A stretch of DNA of 55,357 nt from Octopus sinensis (lineage: Eukaryota), in NCBI RefSeq assembly GCF_006345805.1, contig NW_021833629.1:1-55357 (forward strand). The letters are read 5' to 3'. Each line of letters begins with the position of its first letter. Within the stretch, counting starts at the first letter, position 1. The translations under genes and the position numbers were made by a program. The notes under the pieces were generated by a model, which was not told the origin of the DNA, made no database searches, and saw nothing but the letters and a program-made list of their open reading frames with translations. Of this stretch, positions 10,818 to 22,232 are shown one piece after another.

Positions 10818-11310
10818 TTTCTCTGCCGGTCTGTCTCCCCCCTCTGTCACTTTCTCTTACTCTCCAATACTATCGTTTTCTTCTCGTCTTACATCCTCTT
10901 TTATTCTGGAATGTACCATTTTTCTGCATGCCGTATGATCCTTTTGTTTGGAAAAATCTCCTGTATTCGTTCTATATAATACATTGAACTTATCAAACCA
11001 CCCTTGCATTTACCAACAATTATTTTACCAAGGAGATCCGATGCATTCGCCTACCTTCAAGAAAATGCAGCTAAATCTCCCTCAAATACTTCCGCACTGT
11101 CTAACAAATAGAAACACCCATTGGTTTATATAGTTATAGAACGCAAGAATCTTCGGGGAGATAAACTAACATTTCCGAAAATAACTCTGGTAGAACTGGC
11201 TTCAGGAAGAAGTTTATATCACACAATCAACTATATTTGATATTGCCAACAATAGAAATAAAATTAAGAAGTAACAAATTAATAGTTAATTATTTTCTTT
11301 TGCCATACTC

Positions 11311-11588
11311 AGCTGCGTGGTAAGAAGCTTGCATCCTAATCACATGGTTCCAGGTTCAGTCCCACTGCATGACACCTTGGGCAAGTGTCTTCTACTATAG
11401 ACTTGGGCCGACCAAAGCCTTGTGAGTGGATTTGGTGGATGGAAACTGAAAGAAGCCCGTCATATATATATATATATGAATGTGTGAGTGTGTTTTTCTG
11501 TCTCTGACTCCCCATCACTGCTTGACAACCGGTGATTGGAACTTAGCGGTTCAACAACATGGGCCTGATAGAATAAATACCAGGCTAA
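11311..11588 (+). mobile_element. tRNA-derived SINE (octopus-type)
   Basis: GTGGTAAGAAGCTTGC...GGTTCAGTCCCACTGC head; body CACCTTGGGCAAGTGTCTTCTACTATAG...GGAAACTGAAAGAAGCCCGTC shared with four other loci in the window. Confidence 0.9.
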
Positions 11589-11590
11589 AG

Positions 11591-12092
11591 ATCTGCCTCC
11601 CTCAAATGGGTAGAGGGTTATTCCGTTGGGGTGCATACCGTCCCTGCGGTCGAAACCTGCTGGCTCAATTTGAGACGGGAAGCCAGTCGCATCAAAACCC
11701 CTTCTGATTATATCATTCCGAGAGGCGTGTCGAGGCAATCGGACCGCGATAAGAATGCAGGATAAAGGATACCAAATTCGTCTATTACTGATTCGCAGTG
11801 ACATTTATGCGGCTCGCACTGGCGGAGACCAAGGCGTTAGGCCACTTTGATACGAGTTTAGTCATCATCTAGAAGAGTGCCGGTAGAGGAGGATGCCAAA
11901 TTGAGCCATGTATCTACTTTACTGTGAGGTGAAACAGGGGCTGACAAGGCGGTGCTGGCCTAATGATTTCTCTGGCAGCTTGAAGTTGAACTTACATCTG
12001 ATGTCGTCCCAGTCGTGTCGGATATCGGTACTCTTGGAAACGGCAAGCTCATCAGCATTGCAGCTGGCTAGGGCCAACTACGGCTCCTGGGT
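11591..12092 (-). mobile_element. Decayed CRE-like (RLE) non-LTR retrotransposon 3' coding fragment
   Basis: Minus ORF 11460..11804 contains RHASRNDIIRR..GFPSQIEPAGFDRRDGMHPNGITLYPFEGGRSLAW, a variant of the RH..E..R.PDG..D restriction-like endonuclease motif. It is homologous to 40080-40480. Confidence 0.8.
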
Positions 12093-12722
12093 ATATCTTG
12101 ATCCAATAAGTTTGCAAAAGTATTCAGATATTAAAATATATAATACAATATACAATGGCAGAATGAAAAAAAAATGATAAAACACAAATGACATTTTTTT
12201 CTCTTGTAATCTTGGTCACTCAAAGAAAAATTATTTTCAAATCATCTGAAAGAAATGAGAGGAAGAAGCTAAATTATCGTTTGAATAGAAACCTAGTCTG
12301 AATGCCCCAGAAACCAAACTACAGCGTCAAACCGTGTGACTGCTTAATTCTACTACCGTAATGTTCATGACTCACTTTAGAATTATTTCTTGTTAACCTT
12401 ATTAGATATATTTTCATTAAATTACATATTTGACTCTCTAAATGACTGCCTGAATAATCATTTTTGCTTATCTTTTTTATTATTTCTTCCATTAAATATG
12501 TCAGCGAACTAGAATTTAGAACCAGCGCTGAAAGTTACGTCGTTTCGTATACGAATTTGTCCATGTAAACAATGCCATCGAAAATAGAAGAATGGGTAAA
12601 TTTAAATGAGAAAATGACGCACTCTTAACACGAAACTGGATACAGTTTTCACTTGCAAATTTTCAAAATACGTGATAGTATATTATGGTTACAAAGCGAA
12701 AAACCGAGTTCCTAAAAGCTAT

Positions 12723-12756
12723 AGGCGCAGGAGTGGTGGTGTGGTAAGTAGCTTGC
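12723..12756 (+). mobile_element. 5' head of a tRNA-SINE split by the insertion at 12757-14783
   Basis: AGGCGCAGGAGTGGTGGTGTGGTAAGTAGCTTGC; the remainder resumes at 14784. Confidence 0.8.
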
Positions 12757-14783
12757 TTACTTCCGGTTACCCAGAATGCAACACTAGTTGGTCTGGACTG
12801 TTACAGTGACAAAATGTGAGTTTTTCTGGGCTCCGTGGTTCGTTATTGCGAGCAAAATACTGGGTTCTCATCACCGTAACGGTGAATTGAGAATTTTTGC
12901 TTGAAAATTCTTTTTGTAAATTCTAGTGGGCGTATCTCGTCAGAAAAAGTACAATTTTTTCCGGACTGGAGTACTTCAAGAATAAGCCATTTGGATTACC
13001 TTTTTGGAGTATTATACAAAGGATTCCCTGTCTGTGCTATTTGTGAGGTTTTTCTTTTACTTTTCCCTTCTTCTATTTTTTCTTTCTTTCTAAATTTTGG
13101 TTCATTCTTTTCATTACTTTAATTTCAGTTTCCTTTCCTCCTCTTTTATTTTGTTTTATTTTTTATTCGGTTTAATTTTTTGGCAGACTGTCTTTTGAAC
13201 TACTTTTGAACTGTTTCTTTGACATGGCAGAGAAGGAACTTAAAAAGAAAAACTCTATCTTAGAGTGGGAAATTAACCCGTCTAAGTAGTGGTTAAAAGA
13301 TATGGAGGAGAAGACGATGGTGCTTAGAACTTATTCTAAAGTTCTTAATTCCATCACCGTCTTCCCAAAACAAGTTATAAAAATGAACTTAAAGACTATT
13401 TGTCCTCTTTAAAATATACATCCCGTGGTGTCAAACATGCAACCGCATGGTTGCTGTTTGACAACGGGGAAAAGGCTCGCCAGTTTGCGAGTTAGTCTTT
13501 AGAAGGCAAGGAAATTCTATTTCCCCCGTCATATTGCGGGAAGAAATTAATAAGAGCCTGGGTATGTGGGTTACCCCCAGGCACCGAAGCGGATTGGATT
13601 GAAGATACCATCCGACGGGGACTGGGGGATGGCGGGCTCAGGCTCTTAAATGTAAGGGTATTGCCGGCAGTCAATTGGGAAGGGTCAAAGCGATTTTGAG
13701 CCTGTGGCCCCTATCGGCCGCAACAGATCTGGTTTTTCCAGATTTCTTGAAAATGGCTGGCTGCAGGTATCCGGTGATACTTGAGGGACGTCCCCCCAAG
13801 TGTCACTCGTGCCTGCAGCCAGGCAACATTAAAAGGAACTGCCCCCAGGACCATGGTAAAGTCCTGGAACATTCACTAGATGCCACCTCCCCTACCCGGT
13901 CAAAGAGAGAAGTGGATGTGGTCGAGAAGGCTTCAGCCTCCTCAACTCAAAATGGATTAAATAAGAAGAAGGCGGGCAACAATAGTTGCCCGCCGAAGGA
14001 ACCTAAGGCTTCGGGAGGCTGGGGAGAGTCCCCGGACAAAGCGGAAGAGCTCCACTCTCCCGAAGTCAGGAAGAAAAGAAGAAAAAGAAGGAAGAACGGG
14101 TCATCTCAGCGGGGTGATGATGTGCCGTCTGCATGTTCCGAAGTTGTGCCACCCACGGTGGAAGAAACGACCCCCACCCTTAAAGATGATCAATTAATTA
14201 TCTTTTTCCACAAGGGCGGGGAGGTGGAAAAAATAGAACATATAGAGACAGTAGATATGCCCTTCACACAGGATTCCGAATGGCCTCCGCAGATAGCTGT
14301 GGAGGTCATTAGGTTTCCCTTGTGGGAAAGGCTTAAAGGATTTGGGAAGGAATGTCGCATATGGCCGGGTGGCCCTTACACGTCTTACATGTCCTACATA
14401 AGTGAGGCATGGGAAAAGGCGGCATTGAAGATAATGATGAATATATCGATGAATATATCGAAGAGTAGGAGGTGAAAGACCCTCGTTATAGGGTTTGAAA
14501 CCTCATCTTATTGTATTATTTGTAGTGGTTTATAACCTCAATTGTGTGTTTTAAAAAAACATGTTAAGTAAGAGGTTTTAGTGCCTCCTTCTTGTAAGAG
14601 GTTTGGAACCTCATATTGATTTTTTAAAAAACGAAAATGTTTTCGAGAAAAATCCAATCGGCGGGTGTTGGGTTTTGTCTCTCATTTATTCATTCTATTT
14701 CATTTTCATTCATAAATGTGTTTGTCCAGCCCGCAAAGCTACACATTCTTTATACTGTCTTTGATGACAAATTTTATGAAAGA
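12757..14783 (+). mobile_element. ORF1-only Tx1/L1-related element (HAL1-like), flanked by an 11-bp duplication AAGTAGCTTGC
   Basis: The duplication is at 12746-12756 and 14784-14794. The element has a 5' UTR of about 470 bp, one broken gag-like ORF1 (13224-14475) and a 3' UTR of about 300 bp. No APE or RT motifs were found. Confidence 0.78.
13224..14475 (+). pseudogene. Tx1-type ORF1 (RNA-binding/zinc-knuckle protein) with an extra C-terminal region; interrupted by stops and frameshifts
   Basis: PSYCGKK..LPPG...W..LNVR...NWEG..FPDF...VILEGRPPKCHSCLQPGNIKRNCP aligns by eye to the Tx1 ORF1 at 43400-43840 and 49290-49740 (PTYLGRK..IPPE...W..LNVR...NWSG..IPDF...VIVEGRKPKCFLCSSESHLKRDCP). Confidence 0.82.
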
Positions 14784-15150
14784 AAGTAGCTTGCGAGTTC
14801 CAGCTGCGCCACTGTGCACCACCTTGGGCCAGTGTCTTCTACTGTAGCATCGGGCCGACCAAAGTCTTGTGAGTTGATTTGTTAGACTGAAATTGAAAGA
14901 TGCCCGTCGTATATATAAATACGTAAGTACATATTTGTTTTTGTGTCTGTGTTTGTACCCCCCCCCCATCGCTTGACAACCGATGTTGGTATGTATACGC
15001 CCTCCGTAACTTAGCGGTACAGAAAAAGAGACCTATAGAATAAGTACTAGGCTTACAAAGAATAAGTCCTGGTGTCGATTTGTTCGACTAAAGGTGGTGC
15101 TCCAGCATGACCACAATCAAATGATTGAAACAAATAAATGAATAGAAGAA
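14784..15150 (+). mobile_element. Remainder of the split tRNA-SINE (body and 3' tail)
   Basis: CACCTTGGGCCAGTGTCTTCTACTG...GCTTGACAACCGATGTTGG...AAAGGTGGTGCTCCAGCATG; homologous to 11311-11588. Confidence 0.9.
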
Positions 15151-15154
15151 TATA

Positions 15155-15260
15155 TGTACGTACGTATGTATGTATGTATGTATGTATGTATGTATGTATG
15201 TATGTATGTGTGTATGTATGTATGTATGTATGTATGTATGTATGTATGTATGTATGTATG
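15155..15260 (+). repeat. (TATG)n microsatellite
   Basis: Direct reading. Confidence 0.97.
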
Positions 15261-18200
15261 TCAGGTCCCTTTCGAGTGCTACTGATGACATGTAACCCAG
15301 TACAACCTGCTGCATGGTCGGGTCGTCAGCGACTAAACCGGCAACCCCACCAAGCTTGCTTGGTGAGGAGGGTGTTTATTGGACACCCTGCGGGATGAAA
15401 AACAAAACCCGTCAAAGGGCGGAGGAACTCTTGAGAGTCAACGGCCATCCAATAAATGTTTTTTTTTTTTCTTAAGGCTTAAGGCTGTATCATGCGCAGG
15501 GACATAGAAATAATCGGACTCAATACCCGATTGCACGGTTAAACCATTCGGAGTGAAGGATTCCTAGCCTTTGTTAGGGCATCCTTCTAAGAGAAGGTAA
15601 CTCAGGTAACTGGGATAACTCCGACATAAAATTGCAGCTCAGTGGTTACCGATGATGTCGACTTGTCCTTCTTTTCGGATTATGGCTGCTGTTGCTTAGT
15701 CAGTGCACAGCCTTTCCTCACTTTAAGAAAAATCTTTTTGCACAGGCATTTCACGATAACTACATTGGATTGATTATATTGATTAACTAATTCATGATTG
15801 TTAATAGTGCTGTGAGTCTCAACTGAATGGCTGGCTGTAGCCTTAAAAAGCAAAAAATCAATGATGTACCAAAACAGTATAAAAATAAATGGCAGTAAGG
15901 ACTCTGGAACCACATCAGCTGAAAGTGTCTGGCCCGGCAGGGGCTCCAAGGCATCACAGTCTGAACCCGGCCGTCATCATGCTACTGTGATAGAACAAAA
16001 GAAAACAGTGAATATTGGCTGTTGGAATGTACGGACACTGCTTGACCGCAAGTCCTCTGAATGTCCTGAAAGAAGGACTGCGCTTGTTGCGAAGGAGCTT
16101 CAACACTATGATCTTTACACCGTTGCTTTATCTGAGACGAGATTAGCTGGAGATGGTCATCTTACAGAATCTTGTGGGAAATATACATTCTTTTGGAAAG
16201 GGAGGAATGAAGAGTTTAGAGGAGAAGCTGGAGTGGCATTTGCTGTTAAGACTACTCTTGTGGACAATTTAGAAGAATTCCCAATCGGAATTAACGAGCG
16301 TCTTATGTCCATGAGAATTCATTTGGCTAAAGGAAATTATATGACCTTGGTGAGTGTGTATGCTCCAACTATGTGCTCTACTGATGACGAAAACTTTCTT
16401 TCTACCATGCTTTGAAGAGCATTATAAGAAATATCCCTCGGGCAGACAAAGTCATCGTACTGGGTGACTTTAATGCTAGAGTGGGTAGGGATTTTAACAC
16501 ATGGACTGTAATTGGAAAGCATGGGGTGGGGAAGTGTAATATTAATGGCATGCTTTTGCTGCAGATGTGTGAGGAGCTGAATTTGTGTGTTACCAATATC
16601 ATGTTTCAACAAAAGAATAAGCTTAAGACAGCATGGATGCACCCTGCATCTAAAGAATGGCATATTCTAGATTACATCCTAGTCAGGGTGCGTGACAGAC
16701 AGGATGTGCAGTGTGTTCGTGTTCGTGGATCTGACCACCGCCTAGTACGCGCAAAAGTGAAATTAGTCTCAGAACATAAAATCTGAGCTGCAGGGATTAC
16801 CTTGCCTAAAAGACTGAATGTTGATCCTCTTAGGTATGCTGCAGATATTTCGGAGGCTTGGCCGACCCTTAAAAAGTAAGTTTATGATATAGACAAGAAA
16901 GTTCTGGGATTGATATAAAGAAAGCATCAAGATTGGTTCAAAGAAAATGATGAACATATAGATGATTTATTGGCTGATAAAAGACGTACTTTATCACGCT
17001 ATTTGTTAGCAAAGTCACAGGAAAGGGAAGTGCTGCATAGGAAACTCAAGGACGTAAAATCACGTGTGAGGCAAATACTTTCTCAGGCGAGGGATACGTG
17101 GTGGAGTAAGAAGGCTGACGAGATACAGGCAGCATCAGATTCCAATAACACAAAGCTGTTGTATGGTCTCTTGCGAGAAGTTTATGGACCATCGTCTTCT
17201 CTGATGACACCAATTCGAAGCAGGGATGGTAAAGAACTCCGTGATTCACAAGGAATTCTGCGAAAGTGGCAAGAACATTTTGATGAACTTTTGAATCAGC
17301 AGTCTGTAGTTAGTGAGGATGTTCTCAATCTCATCCCTGGATTGCCTGTGAAGGCAGCACTCGCAGAACCACCAAAGCTGGAAGAAGTTGCAATGGCTGT
17401 CTCAAGGTTGAATAATGGGAAGTATGGATGGCATACATGCAGAGTTGTTACAGCATGGTGGTGTGAAACCTCGGCAGAAACTTCACTCTTTGTTTGGTAA
17501 GATATGGACTAGTGAATCTGTACCTGAGGACTGAAGAGATGCAGTAATGATGGTCCTGTATAAGGGAAAGGGCAACAGGAATGATTGTGGTAATTATAGG
17601 GGAGTATCATTGCTGTCTGTCGTAGGAATGTTTTTATGCAGGATACTTCTGGATCGTCTGCTGAAATACATTGCAGATTGTGTTCTTCTAGAAAGTCAAT
17701 CTGGCTTTCGTGTGGGATGTGGCACTGCTGATATATCTTTTCAGCTATACAGCTTCAGGAAAAGTGTGTGGAACAGGGTCTGGATTTGTATCAGGTTTTT
17801 GTCGATCTGACAAAAGCCTTTGATAACATCAATAGAAAAGCATTGTGGAAAGTCCTCCAGAAACTTGGGTGTCCTGAAAAGTTCCTTGGTTAGGTCTTTT
17901 CATGAAGACGTGAATGGTAGGGTGAATGTTAGAGGGAAAATGTCGGACCTCATTTCAATACAAAATGGAGTGAAACATGGGGATATTCTGGCCCCGACCC
18001 TATTATCCATATATTTCGCAATGGTGTTCTGCATTGCAATCAGAAACTGCAGATACGGTGTTTACGTCCATTATCCAACCCGTGGCAGCATATTTAATAT
18101 GAGGCACCTTGCTGCAAAAACAAAGATATTTACCTCTGTCATAAGTGACCTTTTGTATGCTGATGATTGTGAGCTAGTAGCACACACAGAGATTGATATG

Positions 18201-19065
18201 CAACACATTTTGAATGCATTCTTTGATGCTTGCACTGCCTTAGGATTGACAGTCAATCTCAGGAAAACTGTTGTCATGCATCAACCTGCCCCTGGTAAGC
18301 AGTATAATGTACCAAATATCTATGTGAATGGTAAACGACTTAATGTAGTGGATCAGTTTGTCTACCTGGGAAGCACTATTAATAGATATGGCAATGTGGA
18401 TGATGAAATTCCATATAGAATTAGGAAAGGAAGTGTTGCTTTCTGAAGGCTAGAAAAGCGCATCTGGAGTCGGTGAGACATATGCAGAAAGACAAAGATA
18501 AAGGTGAACAAGGCATGTGTGCTCCCTTCTCTTATCTATGCCTGCGAGACGTGGGTCACCTTAAACAACTGGAACGTTTCCATCAGATGTGCCTCAGACG
18601 GATCTATGGCATTAAGTGGAAGGGCCGCATCAGCGATCATGAAATACTCGAAGGCTCTCGGTGTAAAAGTATAGAAGCTCTTGTGTTAAAGCAAAGGCTC
18701 AGATGGAGTGGTCATCTGGTCAGAATGAAGGATTCAAGGATGCCAAAACAACTCTTTTATGGAGAGTTAGCTAAAGGAGAACGACCTCCACATAAATCAA
18801 AAAGAGGTATAAGGATTTGCTGAAGGCTTCCTTAAGAGATGCTTGCATCTTTCCTGACACATAGGAAGGCATAGCTATTGATCGTAGCAGGTGGAGAAGG
18901 ATTATGCATGAGGGGACAGCCACTTTTGAGAAATCCCGAGTTGCACATGAGAAAGTAAGGAGGAATTTGGTCCCTAGAGCAGTGATTGAATGTTATTTTC
19001 TTTGACGCGTCATCCTTTACCTTATTTCCGACCACCAGCAGAGTATACGTGTAGAGACAGCCAAC
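15261..19065 (+). mobile_element. Near full-length decayed RTE-clade LINE (APE + RT); 5' 600 bp assigned as UTR with lower certainty
   Basis: APE motifs NIGCWNVRTL, VALSETR, VSVYAPT, VLGDFNARVG, HILDYILV, SDHRLV; RT motifs NYRGVSLLSVVG, ESQSGFR, GVKHGDILAPTL, LLYADDCEL, FVYLGS, RLRWSGHLVRM. Spread over ORFs 15861..18823 with many frameshifts. Confidence 0.92.
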
Positions 19066-19802
19066 AGAAACATTTGACCCAGACTGCCTTCTTCCAACTC
19101 TTAAACATGGGGAAGGAAAGGTCTGTGATAATCTGGGGGTTATGTTGGCAATCCGCCGGACCAACGGTTTCCCTTCATGGCAGAATTAATAGTGAAGATT
19201 TTTAAGCACTTTATCTGATCAAATTCAGCCTATGTTTGCGGAAATTATTCCGGAGGAAAGCGCAAACTTTGGGGATGATAATGTACCAATTCACACAGCT
19301 AAAGTTCTTACTGAATGGCATGAGGAACAGTCTAGTGAAGTTGAACATCTTGCCTATTCCGGTTTTGTTCCGGAGTTTTATTTCAATGAGATTTTTCCCG
19401 CTTTCTCAAAGGCTGTCATTACTTTCGAGACAGTACTTCTTGATGCACCAAATATTTAGCTGTTTTCGTTACGCTAGCGCCTGCCATAAGTGCACCACCA
19501 ATTTGACCTCTTCGAAAGTCAGACAGATCTGTCATTTTAATGAATTTTAATTACCTTTTTCTGATGATATCTGAAAAGAAACAGCAATAAACAAGTAAGG
19601 AGTTGATATCTTCCACTATCTTCACTACAATAATTTGTGACTGTTTTAGGTGAAGAATGAACAAAAAAATCCTTTGGAAAAAATTCAAACTTTGTACGAG
19701 TAAAATTCAAACAGTAATTACTGCCAAAGGCGGTCCTAGCACATATTAAAATAAATTTATTTGAAATTTTAAGGTGTTTCCATTATTTTGTCCCAGCCAC
19801 TA
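19066..19802. mobile_element. Rearranged Tc1-family transposon relic with right TIR ending at TA
   Basis: Plus strand: PTLKHG..SVIIWG..DDNVPIHTAK (19076-19355) and C-terminal KIPLEKIQTLYE..VITAKGGPSTY* (about 19630-19749). Minus strand: N-terminal MTDLSDFRRGQIGGALMAGASVTKTAK (ATG at 19535). TIR-like end at 19772-19802. Confidence 0.85.
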
Positions 19803-20035
19803 TATATATATATATAGAGAGAGAGAATTGAACAGGCAGAACCCAACAAGGACAACAAGTTAGACAAAAGCACAGCAAACGTGAAACATGACGAAAACTT
19901 AACAGACAGGGAATATAAAACCGATACACGGAACTTTCGCAGGTGAATTTTCCTCATAAGCCAATGAACCAAAATATCGTCGTGACATATATATGTAATT
20001 ATATATGTACATATGTATATAAATATAAATATATA

Positions 20036-20084
<49 letters not shown>

Positions 20085-20312
20085 GTGTGTGTGTGTATGT
20101 ATGTATATATAAATAAAACACCTTTTAATCCGAGGGGAGGAAATGCAAGCAGCAACCACAAGAACACTACAAAATCCACAGAAAGATCAAACACATACAT
20201 ATATTCATTTATATCTACAGAACAGATATAAAGCCCGACGTTTAAAAATGTATAGTAATATATAAATATATAAACATCATATAAAATACATGAATACATA
20301 AGAGAATCAATG

Positions 20313-20346
<34 letters not shown>

Positions 20347-20656
20347 GAATGGCTGTATACTGTCAATCTAACACGAAAGTGACAGTAGGGGGTATACCAC
20401 CGCTGTTTAGCCCTAGGAAGCATCGACGCCTCCTGATGGCTTTGACATATTTTTCCTGTATCCTTATATACATTTACGAAGGGGAGACAAACGCCCCCAC
20501 CCGCCCGTGGCTGCATCTAGGGACACGTGTTTCAGGATGATTGTCTTTCGTCGGCCTAGAGTAGCAGACACCTGTCAGCTGACGATATTTGTCTCGAGTC
20601 GTAATGTATATATCTAAATTCCACGTTCGTGTTAGATTGACAGTATACAACCATTC
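20347..20656. mobile_element. MITE, 310 bp, 31-bp TIRs, TA target duplication (Tc1/mariner-type)
   Basis: GAATGGCTGTATACTGTCAATCTAACACGAA (20347-20377) versus TTCGTGTTAGATTGACAGTATACAACCATTC (20626-20656), one mismatch; TA on both sides. Confidence 0.9.
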
Positions 20657-20708
20657 TATCGCCCCACCACCGCACATGTCTCTACGAGAGATTTAGAAAT
20701 TTAGTATT

Positions 20709-20744
<36 letters not shown>

Positions 20745-20965
20745 CTAATGCAGGATAAAATCTTTTTCGGCAAAAATTTTTTATCAATGGCCAGCATATC
20801 AAAAAATACCTTTAAAGGTTAAATTTATAAATAATTTACAAGATAAGGGCAAAAGAAAAATGTTAATGCCAAAATTTCGAAACAAAAAATTGTCGATAAC
20901 CATTATAATTTTTTGTTTCGGCATATTTGGCATTAGAATTTTTCTTTTGCCCTCATCTTGTAAAT

Positions 20966-21058
<93 letters not shown>

Positions 21059-21064
<6 letters not shown>

Positions 21065-21176
21065 ATTACGTGACCGACCAGACCATCAGATGTTGTTACA
21101 CATCGCTGGTCACAATGCGTTTGCATTGTTTTAGCCTTCGAATGACGCCACCCCGCTGGCTAAGCGAGCAGGCCAA
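21059..21176 (-). mobile_element. 3' fragment of a second SINE family with stem-loop-rich tail
   Basis: GC-rich island between (TA)n tracts with hairpins ACAATGC/GCATTGT and GATGT/ACATC. The SINE identity is from recollection of octopus repeats, not a search. Confidence 0.5.
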
Positions 21177-21197
21177 TATATATATGTATAGATATAC

Positions 21198-21266
<69 letters not shown>

Positions 21267-22014
21267 ATACATGTATATGCATACATACATACGTTTATAC
21301 AGGCAGGAAAAGCTGTTAGAGAGAGAAACAAAAAGAAAGAGAGAGAGAGAGAGGTGAACAAGAGATGTAAAATATACTTTCTTTGAAATAATGGATAATT
21401 TTTCTCATGCTAATCACAACACTGCAGGTTTGATCTACAAATATATGCGTATGTATATCCATATAATCATTGGCTTATACACACACACATATATATATAT
21501 AGGAATATGAATACAAGATATACATACATGCATGTATTTATGCATATATTTTTGTATTTACGTATATGTATATGAATGTATGTATATAAGTATATGTATT
21601 TACGCATACATTGAGATAAATAAGCAAAAGTATAAAAAAAACATCTATTTGAGTGAGACAGATGAATCACTCAGTCTCTGTTTAGCCTTTGGTCATTCGT
21701 TTAGGTGCAGATAGATCAATCTTTGTCAATTCATAAATGAAGGGACACAAACAATACACACACACAGACACTCACACACACACTCACACACACATACACA
21801 CACATTTGTGTGTGAGTGTGTATATATATACAGAAATACATTATATATATATATATAATATATATATATAATATACTTATGTATATATACATTCATATAT
21901 ATATGTACACATATATACATATATATTACATTAGAAGAAAAAGGTATAAAACCAAGCTGGGCAGGCATATTAAGTCATTTAGAATATTTGATATTAGGGT
22001 AAAGTAAATTTGAA

Positions 22015-22090
22015 GTCTTACAGCTGTTTCTGGGATATCTCAAGTGATAGGCTAGCATGTCTGTACACTAGGTAATCTGTCATCAGAGAC
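22015..22090 (-). ncRNA. Hammerhead-ribozyme-like motif related to family B (degenerate stem II)
   Basis: Minus strand reads GTCT-CTGATGA-[about 49 nt]-GAAAC-AGCT-GTA/AGAC. Stem I is GTCT/AGAC and the palindromic stem III is identical to 7114-7125. Confidence 0.6.
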
Positions 22091-22232
22091 AAAGTAAGTA
22101 TGCATGAAAGATCTAGACAGTTTATAAGGAATAAAATAGTAGATAGAAGAATAACGTGTAAAACAGACGATGGAAGAATACAGACAGGAGAATAAAGTTC
22201 GCAGCTGATCGAAGAAAACCCTAAATCAAAAA

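Noticed and set aside
19925-19975. Minus-strand CTTATGAG...GAAAG hammerhead-like string
   Set aside because: The core is mutated and no stem III, NUH triplet or stem I pairing can be formed.
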